A program made the translations under genes and the position numbers. From NCBI RefSeq assembly GCF_009831105.1, contig NZ_WUUQ01000003.1, positions 90,001 through 122,000 of the forward strand: a stretch of DNA of 32,000 nucleotides, written 5' to 3'. This DNA comes from Copranaerobaculum intestinale. GTDB taxonomy: Bacteria > Bacillota_I > Bacilli_A > Erysipelotrichales > Erysipelotrichaceae. Below the pieces are notes generated by a model that saw only the letters and a list, made by a program, of their open reading frames with translations, had not been told where the DNA came from and did no database searches. The stretch's first letter is position 1. Each line of letters starts with the position of its first letter. Below are positions 24,411 through 32,000 of the stretch, piece by piece.

Positions 24411-25880
24411 GTGAAAAAGCGTAAAGCCGGATTGCTGCTGCCGATTGCTTCTTTACCGGGGGGACACGGAATTGGCGATCTAGGACCAGCTGCTTATCAA
24501 TTTATTCGTTATTGTAAAGCAACTGGAATAAGAATTTGGCAGATCCTGCCGATACATCCGCTGGGGTATGGTAATTCACCTTACCAGCCTTTTTCCTGTT
24601 ATGCGGGAGAAGCGATGTATATCAGCTTGGAATTGCTGAAAACTGATGGTCTGTTGAAGAAATGTCCTGCTATGGAATATGATCATCCCATTGCTTATGA
24701 GCAGGTAAGAAATCTAAAAGAACGGTATCTACAGACCGCCTATCAAGCTTTTCAGAAGCAATTTCATACTTACCAGAAGGAGTATGAGGAATTTTGTCAA
24801 AAAGCATTTTGGCTTCATGATTATACTTTATTTATGGCGGTCAAAAAAGTGAATGATCAAAAGCCGTGGATTACCTGGAGTGATGCAGATAAGCATCTCT
24901 ATCAAGAAGCTTCACTGCCTTCGCATCTTTTGAAGGAAATGGATTATCAGACGTTTTTGCAGTTTATCTTTTTTCGGCAGTGGCAGGCGCTGAAAAACTT
25001 CGCTCACACTCATGAAGTGGAAATTATGGGCGATATGCCTATTTACGTCGGTCTGGATTCAGCAGACGTATGGGCAAATCCTGGTAGCTTTAAATTGGAC
25101 GAGCAGGGAAATCCAATATGGGTCGCCGGGGTACCGCCTGATTATTTCAGTGAAGATGGACAGCGGTGGGGAAATCCTATTTATAATTGGGAATATATGA
25201 AAGAGCAGCGGTATTCATTTTGGATCGACCGCCTGCGTTGGTCAATGGGTTTATATGACGCTATTCGAATTGATCATTTCCGCGGCTTTGATTCTTATTG
25301 GCAGATACCGGCTAACAGTGAAACCGCAAAGCTCGGAGAATGGATCGACGGTCCGGGAGAAGCGCTGTTTGATGAGATTTACCGACAGCTGCCGCATATT
25401 CAAATTGTCGCAGAGGATCTTGGTGACCTGCGGCCTTCGGTGCTGGAGCTTCGAGATCATTATCAGCTTCGGGGCATGCTGGTCATGCAGTTTTTACTGG
25501 AGAATTTAGATCAGTTAAAGACGGAAACCGATATTCAGCACGCTTTGATTTATACGGGAACTCATGACAATCCTACGCTGCTGTCATGGCTTGATAGCCA
25601 ATCGAAAAAAACTTTAGAGAATTTGAAAGATTATTTTGGTATTACGAAGCCAGAACCTCAAAAACTGGCTGATGCAATCATTCAATACACGCTCTGTGCT
25701 GAACCGGATCTGGCAATTCTGCCGGTGCAGGATATCCTGTATCTCGATGATATGGGACGGATCAATACACCGTCTACGATTGGCAGCCCAAATTGGGAGT
25801 GGCGATTGTCAGATATGAAACAGCTGGACAAACAGCAGCCAATATTAAAGCTGTGGCTGCGTACTGCAAACCGTATATAA
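24411..25880 (+). CDS. malQ: 4-alpha-glucanotransferase (amylomaltase, GH77)
   Basis: GTG 24411 is 8 nt after GGAGG. Landmarks are GLLLPIASLPG, GNSPYQP, IRIDHFRGF, GDMPIYV, AEDLG and GTHDN. Confidence 0.9.
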   Translation: MKKRKAGLLLPIASLPGGHGIGDLGPAAYQFIRYCKATGIRIWQILPIHPLGYGNSPYQPFSCYAGEAMYISLELLKTDGLLKKCPAMEYDHPIAYEQVRNLKERYLQTAYQAFQKQFHTYQKEYEEFCQKAFWLHDYTLFMAVKKVNDQKPWITWSDADKHLYQEASLPSHLLKEMDYQTFLQFIFFRQWQALKNFAHTHEVEIMGDMPIYVGLDSADVWANPGSFKLDEQGNPIWVAGVPPDYFSEDGQRWGNPIYNWEYMKEQRYSFWIDRLRWSMGLYDAIRIDHFRGFDSYWQIPANSETAKLGEWIDGPGEALFDEIYRQLPHIQIVAEDLGDLRPSVLELRDHYQLRGMLVMQFLLENLDQLKTETDIQHALIYTGTHDNPTLLSWLDSQSKKTLENLKDYFGITKPEPQKLADAIIQYTLCAEPDLAILPVQDILYLDDMGRINTPSTIGSPNWEWRLSDMKQLDKQQPILKLWLRTANRI

Positions 25881-25962
25881 AAAGCATCCTTTTTGATGCA
25901 CCGCCCGCTAAATTAGATTTATTATCTGATTGCGGAAACATCGGTTCATCCTGGATGCTTTT
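25880..25962. terminator. 83-nt rod-like hairpin filling the convergent malQ/degV gap; probable bidirectional terminator
   Basis: The outer 10-bp stem is AAAAGCATCC / GGATGCTTTT. Inner helices are GATG..CCGC / GCGG..CATC and TTAGAT / ATCTGA. T-runs occur on both strands. Confidence 0.5.
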
Positions 25963-25963
25963 C

Positions 25964-26824
25964 TTATTCTTCAATAAAGTGAATGCCAATGCCGATCAAA
26001 CCGGGACCGGTATGAACTCCTAATACTGGCGAAATCTGGCCTTCAATCAGCGCTTCTCTGCCAGACAGCTTGGGAAGCAGGATTTCCTTTACATGTTCGG
26101 CATCCTGTAGACCATCACCATGGACAATTGCGACATCGTATTTCTTATGACCTGCTGCGAACTTTAATGCTAGATCCATTGTCTTATGAATGGATTGCGA
26201 GCGTCCGCGTACTTTTGATACGGTATAATAAATGCCCTCATCATTGCAGGATATGATCGGCTTTAAATTCAAGGCGTTTCCGAATAGGGAGGCAACCAAG
26301 CCGATCCGGCCGCCTTTTTGAAGGTATTCCAGGGTTTTCACAACAAAGAATACTCGGGAATCTTTGATTTCAAGCGACAGCTTTTCACAAACGGTTTTAA
26401 AATCAAATCCCTGTTCAATATACCGTCCAGCCTGAATAGCATGAAATCCCGCCCCGATCGCAATGTTTTTTGTATCCAAAACAGAAATATCCAGGCCTTC
26501 ATATTCACGTGCTATCAGGGATACCATGTTATATGTTCCGGATAGACCGCTGGATAATGTAACGGCGATGACCTTATCGTAGCCATCCTGCTTGATCTGA
26601 TCAAATAAACGAATGATCGTTTCGCCGTCCGGCAGAGAAGATTTTGGAATCTCCTGATCCAGCCGATCATAGATCTCCCTAGCGGTAATATTAACGCCGT
26701 CGATATATTCCTGATCATGATAGATAATTTTAAGCGGCAATACATACATGTGATACTTTTCAACATATTCTTTTGGGACATCACAGCATGTATCTGTGAG
26801 TATAGCGATTTTTTCTTTAGTCAT
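25964..26824 (-). CDS. DegV-family fatty-acid-binding protein
   Basis: It starts IAILTDTCCDVP and contains the motif LSSGLSGTY. Length and layout are typical of the DegV/EDD fold. Confidence 0.88.
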   Translation of the reverse strand: MTKEKIAILTDTCCDVPKEYVEKYHMYVLPLKIIYHDQEYIDGVNITAREIYDRLDQEIPKSSLPDGETIIRLFDQIKQDGYDKVIAVTLSSGLSGTYNMVSLIAREYEGLDISVLDTKNIAIGAGFHAIQAGRYIEQGFDFKTVCEKLSLEIKDSRVFFVVKTLEYLQKGGRIGLVASLFGNALNLKPIISCNDEGIYYTVSKVRGRSQSIHKTMDLALKFAAGHKKYDVAIVHGDGLQDAEHVKEILLPKLSGREALIEGQISPVLGVHTGPGLIGIGIHFIEE

Positions 26825-27383
26825 GGGAGCCCTCCGTTAATGTTTGTACCTCCTGCTGAAGCTTCACAATCCGCTCTGCCACCAGCTTCGAGGCAAAGGA
26901 GAGTGAAGCCATTTTCAAGGCAGTATTTTCAATATTCATTCCTTCCAGAAGCGTATTGTGCTGATCACCGTCCTGAATTTGTGCGAGTACGGTATGCAGT
27001 GCCTTTTCAAGCTCGTCACATAGCATGTTGTAGGCACCCTTCAGTCCGCTGATGTGGGCTTGGTATTCAATGCCCTCTTTAACTTCGCCGATTGTTAAAA
27101 CCTGCTTTAATAGTGTAATGGCAATCAGGTAGGCAATATGAATTTTGTTGTAGCGCTTTTTTTCCGGCTTGGGAATCATTTTTAGTTTCACATAGTTATT
27201 AATCATGGAAGAAGTGATAATGCGGTCTTCTCCGTTTTGATTTAAATTTCCGATATAGCGTTCAAGCAGCGTAATTACCTGATCCATATATAAATCAAAA
27301 TCAGGTAGCTCATGCCAGCGGGGTAAATGAAAATCGGTAAGAGTCTGACTCCACTGCGTCAGCTGTTCAGTAACTTTATCCAT
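26817..27383 (-). CDS. DUF1836 domain protein
   Basis: ATG 27383 is 9 nt after the SD AGGAG, whereas the ORF-track TTG at 27392 abuts the SD. Landmarks are LPDFDLYMDQVI, ITSSMINNYVK and HIAYLIAITLLKQVL. There is an 8-nt overlap (ATGACTAA) with the degV start. Confidence 0.75.
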   Translation of the reverse strand: MDKVTEQLTQWSQTLTDFHLPRWHELPDFDLYMDQVITLLERYIGNLNQNGEDRIITSSMINNYVKLKMIPKPEKKRYNKIHIAYLIAITLLKQVLTIGEVKEGIEYQAHISGLKGAYNMLCDELEKALHTVLAQIQDGDQHNTLLEGMNIENTALKMASLSFASKLVAERIVKLQQEVQTLTEGSHD

Positions 27384-27404
27384 CTTTATCAACTCCTATC
27401 CTAG

Positions 27405-27433
27405 AGTATAATCTAATATTAACAAACAGTCAA
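27405..27433 (-). promoter_or_regulatory. sigma-A promoter for the DUF1836-degV operon
   Basis: On the minus strand: TTGACT, a 17-nt spacer and TATACT. Confidence 0.65.
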
Positions 27434-27516
27434 TATAGTTATAGAAACTAGATGATATTTTAATTGAAATTATAATAATAGATATATGTTGAAAACTTTT
27501 CTATCATCTTTGATTA

Positions 27517-27525
27517 TGGTAAAAT
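27517..27525 (+). promoter_or_regulatory. extended -10 promoter element (TGgTAAAAT)
   Basis: TGGTAAAAT ends immediately before the longest-ORF ATG at 27526, which favours ATG 27547. Confidence 0.5.
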
Positions 27526-27546
27526 ATGAAAAACGGAGGTTTGTTT

Positions 27547-28122
27547 ATGCTGATTAAATTTGAAAGCTGGAAACTGCTGCTGGTTTCTGTATGTTATATT
27601 ATTTTTGGAATTGCGACGTTCGCCATAGAGGAAATGAAATTGCTGAACTTCTGTACAGCGCTGGGAATCATTATCATGGTGTATGGTGCTTTACAGGCAG
27701 CTATTTATTTCTTCCGCCGTGACTTTCAGGATATGCATAATTTTAATTTTTCAATAGGGGTCGGTTTTGCGATTTTTGGATTGTTTATCTGGATGAGACC
27801 ACAGGTAGTTGTATCTGCTTATCCGCAGATTCTGGCTGGCTGTGTGCTGGTGGACAGTATGATCAAATTGCAGTATGCAATGAATTTGCTGAGGATGAAG
27901 GATGCACGCTGGCAGCTGCAGCTAGGTCTGGCGATCATGACCACGGCGCTTGCCGCCGGACTGTTGGTATTACCATTAAAGGATGCCACGCAAAACTATC
28001 TAAGTATTCTGCTGATCCTGGATGGTGTCGTTAATCTATACAGTATGTACTATTATCGTCATCAGATTAAGCACTATGATGAAACCAAAATTATAACGGT
28101 TGAGGAAACGGGTGAAAAATAG
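27547..28122 (+). CDS. DUF308/HdeD-like membrane protein
   Basis: The SD GGAGG lies 7 nt upstream. It has six hydrophobic segments with repeated small-Gly motifs (IIFGIATFA, IIMVYGALQ, FAIFGLFIW). Confidence 0.55.
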   Translation: MLIKFESWKLLLVSVCYIIFGIATFAIEEMKLLNFCTALGIIIMVYGALQAAIYFFRRDFQDMHNFNFSIGVGFAIFGLFIWMRPQVVVSAYPQILAGCVLVDSMIKLQYAMNLLRMKDARWQLQLGLAIMTTALAAGLLVLPLKDATQNYLSILLILDGVVNLYSMYYYRHQIKHYDETKIITVEETGEK

Positions 28123-28133
28123 GATATTTGTAA

Positions 28134-28161
28134 AAGGAGAATGTTAAATTCTCTTTTTTTT
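28134..28161 (+). terminator. rho-independent terminator
   Basis: GAGAAT / ATTCTC is followed by TTTTTTTT. Confidence 0.65.
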
Positions 28162-28242
28162 AAATATAGGAAAATAATTATTGTTGCTTAGAAAGAATGA
28201 TTAAATGGATATATCTACCCATTTGCCAAGGAGCATCTGATA

Positions 28243-28314
28243 ATGGGTAACAGCTCTTCCTTTTCAGGGGGCTGTAATGGTTATTGTAGGATTAGCGTTA
28301 AAGAAAACGATTAA
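28243..28314 (+). CDS. candidate 23-aa small ORF (MGNSSSFSGGCNGYCRISVKEND); absent from the ORF track
   Basis: The SD AAGGAG (28228-28233) lies 9 nt upstream of the ATG. The stop lies 7 nt before an 11-bp hairpin. No convincing promoter was found. Confidence 0.3.
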   Translation: MGNSSSFSGGCNGYCRISVKEND

Positions 28315-28354
28315 AAAAGATGGAATGAAATGCACATCTCATTCATTTCATTCC
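28313..28354 (-). terminator. rho-independent terminator for the methyltransferase gene
   Basis: The 11-bp stem GGAATGAAATG / CATTTCATTCC is followed on the minus strand by ATCTTTTTT. It lies 9 nt after the stop. Confidence 0.75.
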
Positions 28355-28363
28355 GTCTTAATT

Positions 28364-29101
28364 TTACTTATCTTTTTTTCGTGCTGATACCAGAAGCATC
28401 ATTGGGCGCCGCATTTCGTCCTTCATGCCAGGTTCATCTAACATGTCCTGGGGCGGCTGCGGTTCGACAATATGCTCAATGAGTAAGTCATTATTTAATA
28501 AAGTATTGAGATAGGTAGTCAGCGTGCGATGATATTTGGTTACAGTTTCACCAAGAAATACTGCCTCCCGCTTTCCTTCATAATAATAATTATCAACTGG
28601 GAAATGCAGGATTTTACCTGCGTCATCGTAATACCAGTCTTGTGAACCATAAGCGGTAAATACCGGATGTTCAACTGAGAACACTAGGGACCCGCCCGGC
28701 TTAAGCCAACCGCTGATGTTTTCCGCCAAGGTTTTAAAATCCTGAATATAATGGAACGCCAGCGAGCTGATAATAATATCAAAGCTGTTTTCCTTAAATG
28801 ATAAGTCTTCCATGGCTGCTTCGCGATATTCGATTGCGGGATCGCTGTTTTTCGCTTTTGCGACGTTCAGCATCTTCTTTGATATATCTGCGCCGATAAC
28901 ATGCGCTGCCCCGTTTTGCACGGCATAGATGCAGTGCCAGCCATAGCCGCACCCCAAATCTAAAACTTCTTTTCGGTTAAAATCCGGAAGCAGCTTTCGC
29001 AGCTCCTGCCATTCACCGGCGCCGGCCAATCCGCACTTGGAGCGGGTCATTTCACTGTACTTCTTAAAAAATACATCATTATCATATTTATTTTCTTTCA
29101 T
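28364..29101 (-). CDS. class I SAM-dependent methyltransferase
   Basis: The start MKENKYD has the SD GGGAGG 9 nt upstream. Motif I is VLDLGCGYGW, followed by post-I GADIS and IIISSLAFHY. Confidence 0.85.
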   Translation of the reverse strand: MKENKYDNDVFFKKYSEMTRSKCGLAGAGEWQELRKLLPDFNRKEVLDLGCGYGWHCIYAVQNGAAHVIGADISKKMLNVAKAKNSDPAIEYREAAMEDLSFKENSFDIIISSLAFHYIQDFKTLAENISGWLKPGGSLVFSVEHPVFTAYGSQDWYYDDAGKILHFPVDNYYYEGKREAVFLGETVTKYHRTLTTYLNTLLNNDLLIEHIVEPQPPQDMLDEPGMKDEMRRPMMLLVSARKKDK

Positions 29102-29261
29102 GCTGAATTTCCTCCCATGTAAAATGTGTATCAATATGTTTGTATTCTACATGGGTTTATTTTCTTTTTTGCCTCAATATGCCCTTATGCATCTTCTCAC
29201 ATCCTTTTTTGTATCGATCATGATTCAAAAGGGTGCTTTTCTGATTGAAAGCGCTCCTTTT

Positions 29262-30077
29262 TTATATGAAACCGTGCAGTTTAAAGCTTTTATATAAGCC
29301 GTCATCATCAACTGCCGGGCAAATTTCATCGGCAACCTGTTTCAGGGCTTCCACGCCGTTTTCCATACAGATTCCCAGTGCTGCTGATTTGATCATTTCT
29401 ATATCGTTTGGACTGTCACCATAGGCAACACTCTGAGAGATATCAGCTTTTTCCGCATCCAGAATCACTTGAATCCCGTGTGATTTTACGATCCCTTTAT
29501 TTGTAACTTCTCCATAGACTTCAAGATCCGGGCCATGATGAAAGATCACTTCATATTCCTGAAACTTATTGCGGATCAGCTGCTTGGCATTCTGGTTCCA
29601 CGCATAAAAACAAAATTTGTGTACCGGAATGCCTGATGTAAAGGAATCCATTGATTGAAACTGCCCCATCAGTGCCTCCACCCGCTTTAGCTCGCTATCC
29701 TTTGAGATACCGAAAACGGAATGCAAATTCTGTGCCGCAAGATCACTCAGATATGTATTCTCTGCACTCTGCAGGGCGTAGCCGATATTGTTTTCATCCA
29801 TCCAGGGAAGCAGCTTATTCAGTTTTTCTTGGTTCAGTACGTTCTCATAGAGCACTTGGCCGTGGTTTTCCACATAGGCACCGCCGGCACACACGAATCC
29901 ATCATAACCGATATCGAGAATTTCCGAGCTTAACTCTCCTTTTGGACGTCCAGTTGATAAATATATCGCATGTCCATTTTCACGGGCTGTTTGAATTGCC
30001 GCTATTGCGGACTTGGGAATGATGACGCCCTCATAGAGAAGGGTGCCGTCCACGTCTACGAAGATATAGGATTTCAT
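29262..30077 (-). CDS. Cof-type HAD-IIB family phosphatase
   Basis: Motifs are motif I FVDVDGTL, LSTGR and motif IV GDSPNDIEM. The start is taken at ATG 30077. The GTG at 30098 would sit at the predicted TSS. Confidence 0.8.
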   Translation of the reverse strand: MKSYIFVDVDGTLLYEGVIIPKSAIAAIQTARENGHAIYLSTGRPKGELSSEILDIGYDGFVCAGGAYVENHGQVLYENVLNQEKLNKLLPWMDENNIGYALQSAENTYLSDLAAQNLHSVFGISKDSELKRVEALMGQFQSMDSFTSGIPVHKFCFYAWNQNAKQLIRNKFQEYEVIFHHGPDLEVYGEVTNKGIVKSHGIQVILDAEKADISQSVAYGDSPNDIEMIKSAALGICMENGVEALKQVADEICPAVDDDGLYKSFKLHGFI

Positions 30078-30106
30078 GAGCTTATACCGCCTTTTCACAT
30101 GTATTC

Positions 30107-30135
30107 ATTATAATGAAAGCAATTTGGAAAGTAAA
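30107..30135 (-). promoter_or_regulatory. sigma-A promoter for the 29262-30077 gene
   Basis: On the minus strand: TTTACT, a 17-nt spacer and TATAAT. Confidence 0.55.
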
Positions 30136-30168
30136 GAAAGTTTCTAACTCGAACAAATTTTTAGAGTA

Positions 30169-30177
30169 TGTTAAAAT
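30169..30177 (+). promoter_or_regulatory. extended -10 promoter element (TGtTAAAAT)
   Basis: TGTTAAAAT overlaps the longest-ORF start at 30168, which favours ATG 30198. Confidence 0.55.
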
Positions 30178-30197
30178 ACATTCATCGAGGTGATGTT

Positions 30198-30905
30198 ATG
30201 AATGTTACATATCTGGATCATTCCGGATTTTGTGTAGAGTTAAAACACACGGTTCTGATCTTTGATTTTGTTGAGGGAAGTCTGCCGCATTTTGATCCGA
30301 AGAAAGCGATCTATTTTTTTGTTTCGCATCGTCATCAGGATCATTTCCATAAACATTTAGGAGAATTATTAACAGCATATCCGCAGGCAAAAGCGATAGT
30401 TTCAAGCGATATTCGAAGAGTCCGTGATGCAGCGGTTACATTTATGAGACCGAAAGAGGAACGGATGCTTGACGACATTTATATCACAACGCTTCAGTCT
30501 ACCGATGAAGGAGTTGCCTTTCTGGTACAGGCAGAGCAGCAGGTCATCTATCATGCAGGAGATCTGCATTGGTGGTACTGGGACGACGATTCTAAATCAG
30601 AAAAAGCTGCGATGAAGCAAGCATATTTTACTGAGATTAAAAAGCTGTGTGACATACCGATCGATCTGGCATTTTTGGTTCTTGATCCGCGGCAGGAAAG
30701 TGATTATTGGATGGGCTTTGATGCTTTTATGCGTATCAATCAAGTGCAGTATGCAGTACCGATGCATTGCTGGGAAGATTATGACATTATGAATCGTTTA
30801 AAGAATCATCCATGCAGCGAACCATACCGTGATCGCATAATTTCGTACGATCATCGGGGTGAAACTTTTCAAATAGGAGGAAAACAGGATGAAATTTGTA
30901 TTTGA
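30198..30905 (+). CDS. MBL-fold metallo-hydrolase
   Basis: The start MNVTYLDHSGF follows GAGGTGA. The metal motif is SHRHQDHF (HxHxDH), and later conserved His/Asp residues are present (HAGD, PMHCW). Confidence 0.75.
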   Translation: MNVTYLDHSGFCVELKHTVLIFDFVEGSLPHFDPKKAIYFFVSHRHQDHFHKHLGELLTAYPQAKAIVSSDIRRVRDAAVTFMRPKEERMLDDIYITTLQSTDEGVAFLVQAEQQVIYHAGDLHWWYWDDDSKSEKAAMKQAYFTEIKKLCDIPIDLAFLVLDPRQESDYWMGFDAFMRINQVQYAVPMHCWEDYDIMNRLKNHPCSEPYRDRIISYDHRGETFQIGGKQDEICI

Positions 30906-31254
30906 TCATAACAATATCAATGTGCTTGACTTGGAAAAAAGTCTTGCATTTTATCAGAAAGCATTGGGACTTAAAGAAATTCGCCGCCATGAATCGGATA
31001 GCTTTACCCTTGTTTATTTGGGTGACGGCGTGCATGCACATCAGTTGGAGCTCACATGGCTGAAAGATCGAAATGAACCTTATGAATTAGGAGATAATGA
31101 ATCTCATATAGCATTTACCGTAGATAATTTCGAAGCAGCACATGCGCTGCATGAGAAAATGGGATGTATCTGTTTTGAAAATCCGGAAATGGGCATTTAC
31201 TTTATCCATGATCCCGATGATTATTGGCTGGAGATCATACCTTCCCGCTCATGA
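30889..31254 (+). CDS. VOC-family protein / glyoxalase I-like (lactoylglutathione-lyase type)
   Basis: The SD AGGAGG lies 8 nt upstream. Landmarks are HNNINVLDLEKSLAFYQ, LELTW, SHIAF and DPDDYWLEII. It overlaps the upstream gene by 17 nt. Confidence 0.8.
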   Translation: MKFVFDHNNINVLDLEKSLAFYQKALGLKEIRRHESDSFTLVYLGDGVHAHQLELTWLKDRNEPYELGDNESHIAFTVDNFEAAHALHEKMGCICFENPEMGIYFIHDPDDYWLEIIPSRS

Positions 31255-32000
31255 GTTATTTTGTCGCACTGCTGCTTTCTAATGATGTGCAGAAGCAATT
31301 TGCGAATCGTACAAATTCACTGTCGATGCATTTTCAAACGATGCGCCCGATCCGTCAGGATCAACATCATATTACGCTGGCCTTTCTGGGTGAGCTGTCT
31401 GAAGCAGAGCTTGCTTTGACAAGCCAAATTCTAAACGGTGTCTGCGGTTATCAGATGCGGCTGGAAACTGCTGATCTTGATCTATTCAATCACGGTGTGC
31501 TGATTCAAAAGCTGAAAAAATCGCCGCAGCTGTATACCTTTCAGAAAAAAATAATCCGGGCTTTGAAAAAAGCAGATATTCTCTTTGATCAGAAACCGTT
31601 TTATCCTCATATTACTTTGGCAAAATCATGTACATGTGATACTTTCCATCCCCGCGCATGGCTAAGCGGGCAGGATTCGATTGAGATTGCGATTACATCT
31701 GCAGCCTTGGTTCGCAGTCATCAGGGTATCTATCATATTGAACAGGACTACCCTTTGAAGCCGCAGCCAACCCAATATGTTTACCTTTTAAAATGCGGTG
31801 ACGGAAGCTATTATACAGGGTGGACGAATCATCTGGAGGCTCGTGTCAGAGCTCATCAAAGCGGTCAGGGAGCTAAATATACAAAAAGTCATCAGCCGGT
31901 TGAGCTAGTATACTATGAGGAGTATGCAGATAAGCGGACAGCGATGCAGCGTGAGTATGCCTGTAAGCAGATGAGCCGTCAAGAGAAGGAGCAGCTAATT
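31251..32000 (+). CDS. fusion protein: 2H-phosphoesterase (LigT/ThpR-like) domain + YazA-type GIY-YIG domain; 3' end outside the window
   Basis: This ORF is not in the track because it runs off the window. There is an ATGA overlap with the glyoxalase stop, and the frame is open for all 250 codons. The two HxTx motifs are HHITLAFLG and PHITLAK. The sequence then continues without a stop into QYVYLLKCGDGSYYTGWT...GAKYT...REYACKQMSRQEKEQL. Confidence 0.75.
   Translation, partial: MSYFVALLLSNDVQKQFANRTNSLSMHFQTMRPIRQDQHHITLAFLGELSEAELALTSQILNGVCGYQMRLETADLDLFNHGVLIQKLKKSPQLYTFQKKIIRALKKADILFDQKPFYPHITLAKSCTCDTFHPRAWLSGQDSIEIAITSAALVRSHQGIYHIEQDYPLKPQPTQYVYLLKCGDGSYYTGWTNHLEARVRAHQSGQGAKYTKSHQPVELVYYEEYADKRTAMQREYACKQMSRQEKEQLI

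Noticed and set aside
29037-29297. 86-aa plus-strand ORF spanning the methyltransferase 5' end and the intergenic region
   Set aside because: It is antisense to the methyltransferase start and to the end of the HAD gene, has no SD and is Phe/Leu-rich from A+T-rich DNA.
20830-30077. The two Cof-type HAD phosphatase genes (20830-21597 and 29262-30077) as a DNA repeat or recent duplication
   Set aside because: They share architecture and motifs only at the protein level (roughly a third of residues by eye). The nucleotide sequences are not repeat-like, so they are old paralogues.

Overview
This is a chromosomal, mostly housekeeping segment from a low-GC Gram-positive (Bacillota-like) organism. 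Gene content suggests an anaerobic spore-former: a CwlD-type germination amidase, a desulfoferrodoxin and a flavodoxin/ferredoxin protein. I support 33 conventional protein genes, two candidate small ORFs missing from the ORF track, three tRNAs (a stand-alone Ile-GAT/Ala-TGC pair and Asn-GTT), many sigma-A promoters (mostly extended -10, TGnTAWAAT) and many hairpin+T-run terminators. I saw no transposase, integrase, rRNA, CRISPR array or long repeat. Recognisable genes are tgt (5'-truncated), two EAL c-di-GMP phosphodiesterases with degenerate GGDEF domains, an orphan ABC ATPase/permease pair, cwlD, a CPBP protease, deoC, a CNNM/CBS protein, and a second amidase divergent from an SGNH-DUF4358-MBOAT-DHHW O-acylation cluster. 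Also present are two Cof-type HAD phosphatases, superoxide reductase, malQ, a DUF1836-DegV pair, a SAM methyltransferase, and an overlapping MBL-hydrolase/glyoxalase/LigT-GIY-YIG operon that runs off the window. The four items most worth a second look are listed here. (1) A tightly coupled three-gene operon (7521-10228) encodes two unknown membrane proteins plus a soluble protein with two Asp-rich motifs spaced as in class I isoprenoid synthases. (2) A roughly 92-nt candidate small RNA with its own promoter and terminator and two exposed C-rich motifs lies just upstream of the superoxide reductase gene. (3) A 9-1-9 palindrome lies in front of that gene. (4) A single open frame fuses a 2H-phosphoesterase (LigT/ThpR-like) domain to a YazA-type GIY-YIG domain. 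All family calls rest on motifs read by eye and remembered family signatures. No database search, fold prediction or statistics were run, and hairpin coordinates were derived by hand.
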